This document shows positions 12,157-26,164 of a stretch of DNA of 64,000 nt, one piece after another. Positions within the stretch are counted from its first letter, which is position 1; the number at the start of each line of letters is the position of its first letter. The DNA is from Entomortierella parvispora E1425. Its lineage: Eukaryota; Fungi; Mortierellomycota. A program made the translations under genes and the position numbers. Where the stretch lies: contig BQFW01000008.1 in assembly GCA_020891255.1 (NCBI GenBank), positions 2,046,001-2,110,000 on the forward strand. Direction: 5' to 3'. The notes under the pieces were generated by a model that was given only the letters and a program-made list of their open reading frames with translations, was not told the origin of the DNA and searched no databases.

Positions 12157-13451
12157 TCAGCAAAATTTCCATCTGTTGCCACAATTGCTGCATGTCACGA
12201 ACGTCGTCATCGGCTCGTCTGCAGAACGTGTTTGCATCTGGCGGTATCGGCACTTGCGACTCTTGCACTTTCCACACTTGAACATGTCCGTCTCAGCCTG
12301 TTGCTCCTCGGCTCCTTTGGCCAAAAACATATTCTGGATTTGAATTTCCCTGTCTCGCGCTTTTGCCTCGGCAGAAGCCATGTCTTGAGTCGTATATTCA
12401 CAAAACTCTTCGACGGCCACCTCACCATCCACCACAGCCTCTCGCAACTTTGGATTGTTCTTGTCCCGCAAATTCATGAAAAACGACCTGATCTTCGCTT
12501 TGTAGTTTTGACTAGGTGTACCCTCAGGAGATAACTTTTTGAACACAATCGACTCGATGTTCGTAGCCTTTTTCAGCAGGCGATCCGACTCTAGAGCAAT
12601 AAGCCACATAGCATTAATACATGGAAATATAGCAAAAAAACATCCCATTGGTTTGCAACGCACCTGCATTTGAATTAGTTCCCAGTGCTTGGTACAGCAT
12701 CTCAATGCACCGATCTCGAACATCGTTCCCTGTTGTTTTAATACGCATGCCGTCCGATCTAACAGTACGATCTTTCGGTGTATCTGTTGGTGTTTGGGGC
12801 GAGCTTGCAGTCGATGAACCTTCCCGAGAAGAATTTTGTGACTGAGAGGTTGTCGATGTCCTCGTGTCGACTGTAGGTGGGCCAGTAGCTGAGGAATTAG
12901 CATTTGCTGAAGATCTAGGGTTCCCTGACACCTTGGGACCACCTAGCTTGGCAGAACTACTAGAGGCGGATGTTGATACTCCTGTACTTGCTGTTTCTTT
13001 CGCAACTTGTGCCTTCCAGTCCCGCACAACGTCTTTAGCTAGTTTGGAAACGTTACTATCGGCATGTGTCTTCAACTTGTTGACAAACAAGCCCATTTCT
13101 GTTTTCTAGAAAAAAAACGGTGTAACAGTTAATAAGACAAGCAATCAAAACAATTCATCAAGTGCACAGAACAGAAACTGAATTACTCTCAAAAGCGACG
13201 CTGAAATAGTGACCTTCCCGAGTTGCGTCAAGAGATCCACGACTTGCTATCAAATAGTTGGTGGTGCGAAGTACATTACTTAATATCTGGGCGGAATAAT
13301 CTGTAAAATGATAAAGCTACGAAGTGGTATTTTCATCCACCACCTCAAAAAATAGATACAGCACAAGACCTACAGCTACTGTCCCTTTTTGCAATGCATC
13401 AACGAGTGCTTTCTTATGGTCAAGAACGTCTTGTTCTACATTCGACCCCAT
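12157..13451 (-). CDS. DST1: Transcription elongation factor S-II (TFIIS), multi-exon
   Basis: C-terminal zinc ribbon CGKCKSRKC...QTRSADEPMTTFVTCSNCGNRWKFC; central SFFMNLRDKNNPKLRE. Confidence 0.95.
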
Positions 13452-13595
13452 AACAACGCTAAAGAATATGAATCGTTCCCTGGAATCGAGCGAGTTTGGT
13501 GAGTTGTGGTGATTCGGAAATGAGAAAATGAGGACGAATGGAATGATTGACACAAGATTTGTTACATCTAAGCCACATTTTATTTTGTACAATAT

Positions 13596-14376
13596 TCAGT
13601 TTTTGGAAACGGCATATTTTTCCTTTCCGTGTTCACTGATGACACAGATATGGTCCAGATCACGGAAGTACTCATTGTAGTCCAAAGCGTAACCAACCAC
13701 GAAGGCATTTGGAATAGCAAATCCAACGTAGTCGGGGATGTATCCGTTGGAGAGAGGGGTCTTTTTGATCAACAGCGACGCAACTTTGACAGATTCGGGA
13801 GAGTACTGCTTCAACTTAGCCAACAACTGGACCATGGTCTTTCCAGTATCAATGATATCCTCCACAATCAAGATGTTCTACGAAAGACAGAAGACGTAAG
13901 AGATAGGTTCATACATTTGCTCAAAAAGAGTGTAAAAACGCTGAGGCATAATCGGCGTATGGGTCCACAAACGGCAACAAAAGCATTGGTGAAGGTACCT
14001 TTCCTGAGAACTCCTTGCACTCCTCGTCTGTCAACGACAGTTTGACCTCACCAGAGGTCTCTCCAGAGTAGCTCTTGACTTTGATGAACTCGAGGCTTAA
14101 GGGAACAGTTTTCCCTCCACGGGTAACATTCTTCTTGATGTAGTTCACCAAATCGGCAAAGAACTGATGGCCGCCTTTGAGTACACAGCACACGACAAGA
14201 GGACCAGTCGACTCTTGAACAATCAGCTTCGCAAGCTTTTCAACTCTATCCATGATCACGCCATGAGGAATGAGTACACTCGAAAGTGCCGTCTCGTAAT
14301 GGTCTGGGATCACAAAGTGATCAAGCGAGTATTGGAATGACTCCGCGTTGACATCGATCCACTTTTTGGGGTCCAT
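13596..14376 (-). CDS. HPRT1: Hypoxanthine-guanine phosphoribosyltransferase
   Basis: [26 protein letters not shown] (PRPP-binding motif), [16 protein letters not shown]; one intron near 13876-13989. Confidence 0.95.
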
Positions 14377-14967
14377 GCTGAAGGAAGGTAGGAAGATATA
14401 AAAACAAAAAAAAAAAAAAAAGTGGAAAAAAAAAAGTCCCAATTGCAGTAGGCTGCTAAGCCACCAAATCTTTCAGAGCCACCATCAACGGAGGGTTGAG
14501 ACATGTAGTCTACGCACAATCAATCAACGAGACTTCTGCTTTGGTGCGTAATTCTTACGAGCAAACATTGATACCGATGTCCGCCGTCTTGTCCGACATC
14601 AGTCATGTATCAGGCATCACTCTGCATGGGCGCTCAAGCAAACCAAAAAGATGAACTTAAACAGCAACGATATCCACTGGAAGTCCACACTGACATTGTG
14701 CACAACAGCAACAACACTGGATTTACACCCGAGAACATCGACGCGGCTATCTTTCTGCTGGACACATATCAAGGCCGGCGCCGGCCGGCAGTGATGGAGA
14801 AGATAGGAAGTAGTAACCTTATATTGTCGTGAGGCGACCCTAGACCTCTCTTCTAGCAAGAAGAGAGCGACGCAACGGTCGCGTACGACTCTGGATGCAG
14901 AAGCATGCGATTGAAAAATGTCACATCTCTATAGGCCCTTTGTCAATATAAAAAAAAAGGTAGCGTC

Positions 14968-15972
14968 TCATTTGAAATGCTCCTCTCTCTCTATAACCTC
15001 CTTGTCCAACTTGATCAGGATTGTTGTCCTGAGAGGATAACCATCTATCGGGACAGTGTGCGCTGTAACTCGAGAAGGCTGTACGCAACACAAAAGTAAT
15101 ACCAATGGTTAAACTATGCTCTGCATGGCAATTATGATCCATTCCATTCAAGTAGGCAAAACCATACAAACTGGCAACCATCCATGATGGCTTCGACGAT
15201 TCCCGCCATAAAAGCTCCGCAATTCAGCTGCGATACATCCTTTGGGACCGAGATGAACCTGGACACAATGGGGTCGTTGTCTGATATCATATCTATAATA
15301 GAGTGCAATTTGCCAATTAGGCCATTAAGTACATCGTTCAGCTTAAGCTAACCCACCCATGATCGATACCATTGTTCTTACATTCGTCCTCGTTTTCTGT
15401 ACTCTTTTCCAGAGAGTCTGCTTGTTTTCCGAACATAGTCTTCCAGACAGTTGTATGAATAAAATAGAGCATTCCCAGGACTCGAGTTTCCCGTTTACTA
15501 TTCTTGTCCCGCCATATCAACAAGTCTAATGCTCTGATTCCGACTCTGTATCCGAGTTCATTCAATCTAACACATATATACGGCGGGCTTTAGGGATGAT
15601 AGATACATCTGCTGCCATAGTGTTTTCAAAATTAGACACTTACTTTCTTTCGAGGTCCTGAATGCCGTTGACGCGCTTTTGAGTGTATTGCAGCATCTCA
15701 GAGAACATAAATGCAAAGGCATTTGCACTAACCTAGGAAAGCTCATGTGTTAACTCCAGTGTGCCGTCATCTGGTCACAGAGACAGCTTTACCGTGGAGT
15801 AGATGATTACCTCTGTTCCTCTTGTCTTATTAAGTGGACGGTCGAGAATGTTTGTCATCCCTCGCTTGGGGTAGAGGGATGATGCAGCAGAGGAGTAGCC
15901 GCCGACGTTCGGTAGGGAGGCGGCCATGCTCATAACTGACAGTCGAGATGAGGCGGAGGCGCTACTTGACAT
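14968..15972 (-). CDS. TRS31: TRAPP complex subunit Trs31/TRAPPC5, multi-exon
   Basis: [22 protein letters not shown]...[38 protein letters not shown]...RTTILIK. Confidence 0.92.
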
Positions 15973-16213
15973 TTGAGTGGATGTTGAACTTCTGAAACGC
16001 GAACAATTGGACGAGAGAAAACCCTCTAACGGGTATCCTTAGCCGGCCCACTCGAAGTGAGCACGTGATAACTAACCGCGAGAGCGACCTTCCTCCCCGC
16101 CCTTCATCATCATCCTTCCATTCGTCATAGAGCTCAATTGCCTAGCAGCATTCTCTCTGCTTGGAATAACTTCCCTTCTTCCATCTCATATATACTCTCA
16201 ACCTTTGTTCGAA

Positions 16214-18251
16214 ATGCCCATTGCGCTACCTCTATTCTCGTTCGACGACGACGAACCAACTTTACCTCGGGCCCCTGTCAAAGTCATGATATCAGGCTTA
16301 GGTCTTGGGGGACTTATGCTTGCCGCGTTATTGGAACGAGCTTGTATCGACTATGAGATTTACGAGCAAGCTGATCGCTATATCCGAGTCGGCTCTGCAA
16401 TGGCTCTGGGGCCGAATCTTTTTCCTCTCTTTGAACAGCTGGGTATTTTAACGGAGATCCTGCAACTCTCTAAACCCGTCGAAAAAGTGGAAGGCTACAC
16501 GGAAAAGTTAAAGCTCTTCTTGCCTGTCCCTTATCATCACACAGAGAAATTGTAGGTGTAGCTGCGTTAGTAAAACTTGCTTCGGTCATTGAGAACTCCT
16601 TTGACACTCACCATTATGTTCTATTTGTCTGACATTATTGTGCAGCGCCGGATACTTGACAAGAGTGATTCCTCATCCTGACCTCTATGCCGTCCTTGCT
16701 GCCCAAGTTCCTCAGAGCAAGATTATGTGGGGCAAAAAAATTGTCCATGTGCAGCAAGACAACCAAGGTGTCACAATTGGTTGCACCGATGGCTCAATGT
16801 ACAGGGGCGAAGTCCTTGTTGGTGCAGGTAAAGTTGTGTCTGAAGATTATTTTGCTCGAAATGTCTGTCACTGAATTGTTGCGTAATCGGGTAGATGGGG
16901 CTCACAGCGGCGTGCGCAAGAGCATCTACAAAGAGCTAGACCAAAGAGGTGAGCTACCGAGAGCCGACCGCGAGGACGTCCACTACAATGGTGTTTGCCT
17001 TCTTGGCGAGACCAAGAAATTGAAACCAGAGAAGTTTCCACGGTTGAGAGATAGCACCTCAAGTATCCAGGCCGTTTATGGCGAAAAACTCCCGTATTAT
17101 GTATGTTATATCTCTAACTTATTGACAACTTGGCGGATACTCTGAAGATACACTCTTTTAATATGATCCAATCTCAGTGGGCTACGGTGACTACACCTCG
17201 GGATACCATCTGCTGGTTTGTGATTGAATTCTTCGATAAGAATAAGATACAGACGACAGAGAATATTCAGCGCTGGAAGTCCCAACCTGCAGGAGATATG
17301 TGCGAGGCTCTCAAGCATCTACCCATACCCTGTGGAGACAAGCTGACGTTGGTTGACCTCATGGAGGAAACATCGCGAGAACTACTGTCCAAAGTAATGC
17401 ATGAAGAAAAGTTTTTCCTGACCTGGCACAGCAATAGAGTGGTTTTGATCGGCGATGGTAAGGCTTCGGACCATTTGAATCCCATCGTGGCTAAGAACTA
17501 AGATATGCCAGTGACTAATGCAGTTTTATTACTCATCCGTTAGCTTGCCATAAGGTACAGCTCCGCTCCAAGTTGAAAAAAGCATGCTGATTCTTGTCAG
17601 GAAATGTGATACTAACCAGAACATTTATTTCAATATAATCTGTCCGAAAGATGAGTCCTGCTGCTGGTCTGGGTAAAGTAAACCTGCACGGAGATTTCAA
17701 GCCTGTAGACCTAACAGCTACTAGGGAGACAACTCTAATACAATTTCTTTCTTGCTCATTTAAAATACAACACCACCAGGTGCTGTTAACGCCTTTCAAG
17801 ATGCTGTAGTCTTGGCGAACCATATCCATGCACTCCCCTCTTCTCACGTCTGGACTTCCGACGATATAGCCGTTGCCTTCAAGGGCTATAAAGACGAACG
17901 CTACCTACATGCCAAATACGCATGCGATTACAGCCATAACCTCGGACAACTTATGGGCAAGGTAACTACAAGTTGTAAGGGTCCATAAATAAGATGTACA
18001 GCTAGGGATGCTAACAAAAAGAACATGTCCACTTGTAGAGCTGGACGAGTGAAATATCAAGAGCACTTGTGGGAAAGACGCCAAATTGGCTATGGAAGGT
18101 TATGCTCCGTCGCGTTGTTGCTCACAGGCCGCAAGCTTCATTCTTACCACAAGTCCATTTCCAAGGCGGTACACCTACAGCTTCTATCAGCTCATCAGTC
18201 AATCTTTCAGACTCGGACTCGATATGTGATAGACACCGTCAGAAAACTTGA
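16214..18251 (+). CDS. FAD-dependent monooxygenase (FAD_binding_3 family), multi-exon
   Basis: VMISGLGLGGLMLA (GxGxxG), DGAHSGVR (DG motif), RVVLIGD(A), GAVNAFQDAVVLAN region; 3' end approximate. Confidence 0.85.
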
Positions 18252-18315
18252 ACATTTTTATTTGGACAATAATAAAGGCAGCAGTTTATTACGTACTGCA
18301 TTGAGGTCATGATTC

Positions 18316-20834
<2,519 letters not shown>

Positions 20835-21050
20835 GATGATGAGGAAGATGAGTGGGAAGGTAAAGATTGAGAAACAAAAAGTGCAAGCTAAAAATATGAA
20901 AGACAACAACAAACCACACAGCGTATACGTATTTTTGAATACAGAGACATAAAATATTATGTTTGGATTTAATGAATTCTTTATTTCCACTCAACATTTA
21001 ATGCTGACCCTCACCACTGAAGCGCGTAACTTAGTCAGACTTCACTCACC

Positions 21051-22588
21051 ATGGATCAATTTCAGGTTATCGCCGACCTTGGCAACGGATCGTTCGGCTC
21101 TGTCTTCAAAGCCAGGCATACAGCATCAGGCAAAGAGGTACTGACATTCAATGTTGCGCTAAACTCTTGTATTCATCGCTCTAATCGTAACCGCTCTTCC
21201 CAGGTAGCAATCAAGAAAATGAAAAAGAAGTTCACATATATGAGTGATTGCAAATCATTACATGAAGTTAAGGTACCGTAAAATGAAGACATGAAGAGGC
21301 GCTTATCTACTCCACTAATATACATCTGTTTTGCTCTCCAGGCACTTGAAAGTCTCCGGTCTAGTCCAAACATCATTACACTACATCACTTCTTCCTTGA
21401 GAAAAAGGAGTTGCACATGGTCTTCGAGTTAATGGAAGGGAACTTGTATCAGCTGATGAAGGACAGGAATGGGCTAATGCTTCCAGAGCCCCAGGTGCGA
21501 AATATGATGTAAGTGAGGTGTCAGACCATTGCGCCATATCCAAAAAAGCGTCGTCATTGACATTCTGAATGGAAGTTTCCTACATCCATGCCCATCTGAG
21601 TAGCTTTCAAGTTCTTCGCGGAGTTCATCATATGCACTCGAAAGGCATCATGCATCGTGACATGAAACCGGAAAATCTTTTAGTTAGCGGCAATGTGGTC
21701 AAAATTGCGGACCTGGGCTTGGCTAGGGATCTAAAAAGCCGACCGCCATACACCACATACGTCAGCACTCGTTGGTAATCAGAAAGTGTACACTGCATAT
21801 CGGCCCTAATGCATGCCACTTACTAACAGTCATCTACACCATAGGTATCGTGCACCCGAGGTCCTTCTATCCTGTCCAAATTATTCTTTCGCTGTTGATT
21901 TGTGGGCAATTGGGACAATTGCTGCAGAGCTCTTTTCTCTTAAACCTCTTTTCCCAGGAACAAGTGATGTGGATCAGCTTAATCGAATTAGCAGCGTTTT
22001 AGGCTGTCCGTTTCCATGTCACCTGGACGACCAGAGTGATGTTTGCAGTTCAGGCGGATTCTGGAAAGAAGGGGTCCAAATGGCTGCACGTCTGGGCTTT
22101 ACCTTCCATATGGTATGTTTAGGACCCAACGCGACATCTATGGTGACTTGAAAAATCCCCACTTTTGCTGAAAATACTCTGGCTCGTGCTAGAAGTCTAC
22201 AAAGAGTCTGCAAGATCTTGCCCCCAATGCATCCGAAGATGCGATAAGGATTATTCAAGGACTATTGAGATATGATCCGAGGAACAGATCCACTGCCTAC
22301 CAGGCCATGTGGAGCCCATGGTTTAAGGATACACCTGGAATTGAGGGCTTGGAGCATATGACAGATATTCAGCACTCCCCAGAAAAGCGACGTAGCATGT
22401 TTTCAGGACTTCGTTCTTCCTCCAAGAAGGAAGGCAAGGATCAGAAGCGTGGACTCTCTGTGTCACTTCCTATCTATGAGGGCATGCCCCACCATACCAA
22501 TGACCAATGTGCAGGAAGTCAGAATGAGCAACGCTACACTGATCTACCTCAGATTTCGCCTATATCGCCGTTTTGGAATGAAACCTGA
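21051..22588 (+). CDS. Ser/Thr protein kinase, MAK/ICK/Ime2 (CMGC) family, multi-exon
   Basis: [47 protein letters not shown]; 3' end uncertain. Confidence 0.88.
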
Positions 22589-23451
22589 TATACCCTCCTT
22601 TCCGCTATGCTATATTTCATGTTATCTCCTGTTTGCTACATGTATCCGTATGCGATCGTTTGCAATGAGCCGAACTAGGATCTAACGATAGAGAAAACAT
22701 CCATAGAATATGCGGGATTGAGTAGCACATTTGGTCGAAAATTCATCTGTAGGCAATGTTTCATGTAAGTACGGCGTAGTAAGGGAAGATGACCCAAATG
22801 AACAACAGGTCCGATCAGGGACCCTATTGAGGGGGAGCTATAGGACTTTGCTGGCAGGAGCACAGTGACAACAAGGTGGGGTGGGATTTAATTAGCACCC
22901 AAATCGTGGAATAACGTAGCAAGTTGCCAAGTTAATAGTACTTGGTTTTGGTAGAACTGTAGACATGATGATAATAAATTATATTTGGTTCATCGTCTCA
23001 TTTATTTACCTTTGAAAGAAGGGCAAAAAGGTTAGAAATAGAATATCCGGGGTGCACGAAAGCCGACATGCACCTCACCCCCAACCACCTCACTACGAGT
23101 CCCCAGAGGTGCTGACTTTCAACGAGTCGTACACCCAAGAGCCACCCTTGCTTCATCCTTGAGAAGCTACAGTGGCCATATCCTGCAAGAATTTATCACG
23201 TGATACATGGAGTCACGAAGCGCGTCAAGTTCGAAGGACGTCTTTGTTTGCCATTAGACAACTTGCGAGTCAGAGGAGCCGATGTAGACAGAGTTTGCAA
23301 ATGTAGAGGTTGTGAAAACCTTAATAAATGTAGAATTCAGGTACGCTTTCAAAATACGTACGTATCTGAATGTGACTGTGATTTTTTGCCTCCTTTTTTT
23401 TTTTTTTTTTTTTTGGGATGAATGACATGAAGCATCAACACATCTCATGAC

Positions 23452-24645
23452 ATGGACGACCAAGAACAAATACCGCGTATCTTTCCTTATGACGAAGACA
23501 ACGATGAAGAAGACAACGAAGAAGACGACGCTGAAGATATTGACAACGAAAATGAGGACGCCAACAATCTTGACGGCCAGTCAGACAGCGATGAAGAAAT
23601 AGTCTTTTTAATGGGGATGGCCAACGATTTCATTCAACATGCTGCCCGAATCCTCCAAAGAAGAAATAGGAACCCACCAGTACCCTTCGCTATTTTCAAC
23701 CTCAACCAGTACGACAACATTACAAGCGAGCGCCTCTTTCGCTTCAGGACGGATGAGATCCTCGATATCGTTGAAGCACTTCGTGTACCAAACGTGTTGG
23801 TGTTGGATAATGGATCAAAGTTCTCTTCCCTCGAAGGAGTATGCATTGTTCTCCGCCGCCTTGCTTTCCCTTGTCGACTGGTTGACCTCATGCCCATGTT
23901 TGGACGATCAGAAGGCATGCTCAGTCGTATCTTCAACAAAACTATTACATGGATCTACAATCGTTGGGCGCGGCAACTCTTCACTTGGGACCATGCACGA
24001 CTCACACCTGCCAAGCTTGAGCAGTTCGCTGCTGTCATTCGCGAAGCAGGATCACCACTTCAAGACGTAGTAGGATTTATTGATGGTACAGTACGGCCCA
24101 TTGCTAGACCAATGGAAAATCAAAGACAAGAGTACAATGGTCATCACAGGGTTCATGCCATGAAGTTTCAAGCAGTGACAACCCCAGATGGCATCGTTGT
24201 TCATCTCTCAGGGCCGTACCATGGAAAACAACATGACACAGCAATGTACAGGATATCACGGCTACAAGATACTCTGTTAGAAAGAGTGAAAGATGTTGCT
24301 GGAAACAACATGTGCATTTTTGGTGATCAAGGATATGAGCTATCACCTGTCTTGCAAGTCGCCTTTCCAGGAAGAGACAACGAGCTGACGGCTGGGCAAA
24401 GGGCTTTCAACAAAGCGATGGCAGAAGTCAGAATTGCGGTTGAATGGAGTTTTGGCCACACTCTCCAATACTTCTCCTTCACTGAACTCAAGAAAACTCA
24501 ACGCAGTTTACTTTCAGCTCTTCATGTTCAGTACACCATATCTGTATTATTTGCCAATTTACATTCATGCATCACTCAAAAGAATGCATCAGTAGGCAAG
24601 TTCGGACTATCTCCTCCTACTCTTGAAGAATACCTCCACGACTAG
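23452..24645 (+). CDS. Harbinger-type DDE transposase (DDE_Tnp_4-like), 397 aa, uninterrupted
   Basis: GFIDGT, IFGDQGY and IAVEWSFG (D-D-E); HTH-like LRRLAFPCRLVDLMPMFGRSEG. Confidence 0.9.
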   Translation: MDDQEQIPRIFPYDEDNDEEDNEEDDAEDIDNENEDANNLDGQSDSDEEIVFLMGMANDFIQHAARILQRRNRNPPVPFAIFNLNQYDNITSERLFRFRTDEILDIVEALRVPNVLVLDNGSKFSSLEGVCIVLRRLAFPCRLVDLMPMFGRSEGMLSRIFNKTITWIYNRWARQLFTWDHARLTPAKLEQFAAVIREAGSPLQDVVGFIDGTVRPIARPMENQRQEYNGHHRVHAMKFQAVTTPDGIVVHLSGPYHGKQHDTAMYRISRLQDTLLERVKDVAGNNMCIFGDQGYELSPVLQVAFPGRDNELTAGQRAFNKAMAEVRIAVEWSFGHTLQYFSFTELKKTQRSLLSALHVQYTISVLFANLHSCITQKNASVGKFGLSPPTLEEYLHD

Positions 24646-24665
24646 CTTTTAATAAACATAACTGC

Positions 24666-25502
24666 CTATTTTTTGCGCAAGTATTTCTCTGCAACCGCTT
24701 TGAAAAGGACAGAGGTTGACTTCACGATATCAAGTAGGTCATCCTGTTCTTGTCTTCTCCTTTTTCTCTTTTGTCTGGGTGGAGTAGTGTTTGCTGACTG
24801 CTGACAAACTGGGGTACTTGGCTCGGAAACAGAGGCGAGATTGTTATTAATCTCTGTGGTATCTGCTGCTGTGAGAACTCTTACAACTGCCGATTCGCGT
24901 TTATCCTCCGCAGCTGCCCTGAAGAGGTTCTCTTCCGCTTGAATGTTGATCACTCTTGCTTGCTCGTCACGTTGCTGGTTCTCGAAGCCCTCCTCCATGC
25001 CAATGAGTTCCTCTAGAGCATTATCTTGCTCTGTAGGGGGTTCCTCGTCCTCCCCTGTGCGACGGATAGCGGTGGCTTGAGCGAGCCGGTATTCGTCTCG
25101 GTATTCGTCTCGGACTAGTATATAACGGGCTTCACACAAAGCGCCGGTAACGGCTGCCAGTTCCTTATTTCTTGCTTGACACAACTGTGCTACTTTCTCC
25201 CATGCCACACGCTTTCGACCATAAGGAACAAACGGTGGAATCTGGATCATCGCATTGAGGACCGTCATAGTGTTGGCCATGATGTTCTTGTTGTTGGAGG
25301 TAAGGCCGCGGCACTGTACTTTACGAGGTGCTTTGGAGGATGCTACCGTGATCAAAGGAGTGGTCGAGTCGGTCATGCTGATAATTGGATCTGGACGAGA
25401 AGGGGAGACATAAACAGCGGGACCGACCGCGGTTGAGACAACTGTAGAGCCATCATGGGCAGCAGTGGATGCAGGAGGTAAGGTGGTGGCAGGAGTTGTC
25501 AT
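24666..25502 (-). CDS. Harbinger accessory Myb/SANT-like (trihelix) DNA-binding protein, 278 aa
   Basis: RKRVAWEKVAQLCQ...CEARYILVRDEYR, coiled-coil and KRKRRR NLS-like tail; lies inside the TIRs. Confidence 0.7.
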   Translation of the reverse strand: MTTPATTLPPASTAAHDGSTVVSTAVGPAVYVSPSRPDPIISMTDSTTPLITVASSKAPRKVQCRGLTSNNKNIMANTMTVLNAMIQIPPFVPYGRKRVAWEKVAQLCQARNKELAAVTGALCEARYILVRDEYRDEYRLAQATAIRRTGEDEEPPTEQDNALEELIGMEEGFENQQRDEQARVINIQAEENLFRAAAEDKRESAVVRVLTAADTTEINNNLASVSEPSTPVCQQSANTTPPRQKRKRRRQEQDDLLDIVKSTSVLFKAVAEKYLRKK

Positions 25503-25766
25503 TGATGAGGGAGAACGGTGAGTTAGCTGTTTTTTTTGTTGCGCTTTTATGTCTCAGATTTTATTTGTCTCTCGCCGCCTCGCGCCACAGTCTACACCGA
25601 TTGGTTTCTACATTTTTATTAAATAAATGTAGGATCGCTCTACACCAACAAAAACTTGTTCAGAAGTCGATGTAGGGTACTAAGGTTCATTTTTTAAGAA
25701 TAAGATTTTTTTTAAACTCTACAAATGCAATCTACATCGACATCTGACTGACTCGCAAGGTGTCTA

Positions 25767-26037
25767 GAACCGCTCATTCCTCGTAGAGAACATCGAATTT
25801 GAGGACAACCTCGTGCAGCATCTTGATGTTCAAGATGGCGACCAGGTAATCATGAGCCATTGTGATCCTCAGCTTATTGGCAACAAAGAGACTCTCTAAT
25901 TGCCCAGTTGTTGATTGAATTTCTGGATGAGGAGCGCCTCAAAGAAGCCAAAGCCATCTTGCAGAATGAGACGCCCGACTTGGTCTTGGAGGGGCGCCTC
26001 CCCTGCTTGTCGAAAATTACAGCGCTCCCTTCCCAAC
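25767..26037 (+). pseudogene. Fragment of a degenerate intron-containing gene of unknown family, split by the Harbinger and Ty3 A1 insertions (continues near 31117-32300)
   Basis: FLVENIEFEDNLVQHLDVQDGDQ, then GT..AG, then LLIEFLDEERLKEAK...SQLR, which runs into the TSD. Confidence 0.35.
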
Positions 26038-26164
26038 TCAGGTGCAATAGGAGTATCGAGGGTGGAGTGGAGACAAGAAGTGAGTTTTATTATATTGCAA
26101 GTTTCTAGCTTTTGTAGGTACACATCGCGTGATGTCACCGTATTCCTGTTACACCTTCCCCTTT

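Larger units (their letters stand above)
23257..25764. mobile_element. PIF/Harbinger-superfamily (PHIS) DNA transposon, 2,508 bp, two convergent ORFs
   Basis: 17-bp TIRs GACAACTTGCGAGTCAG (23257-23273) and CTGACTCGCAAGGTGTC (25748-25764), 1 mismatch; TA on both flanks; subterminal TGTAG/CTACA repeats. Confidence 0.88.

Noticed and set aside
14773-14867. 14-bp GC palindrome and a 9-bp CT/AG hairpin between HPRT and TRS31
   Set aside because: Isolated low-complexity stems with no supporting context.
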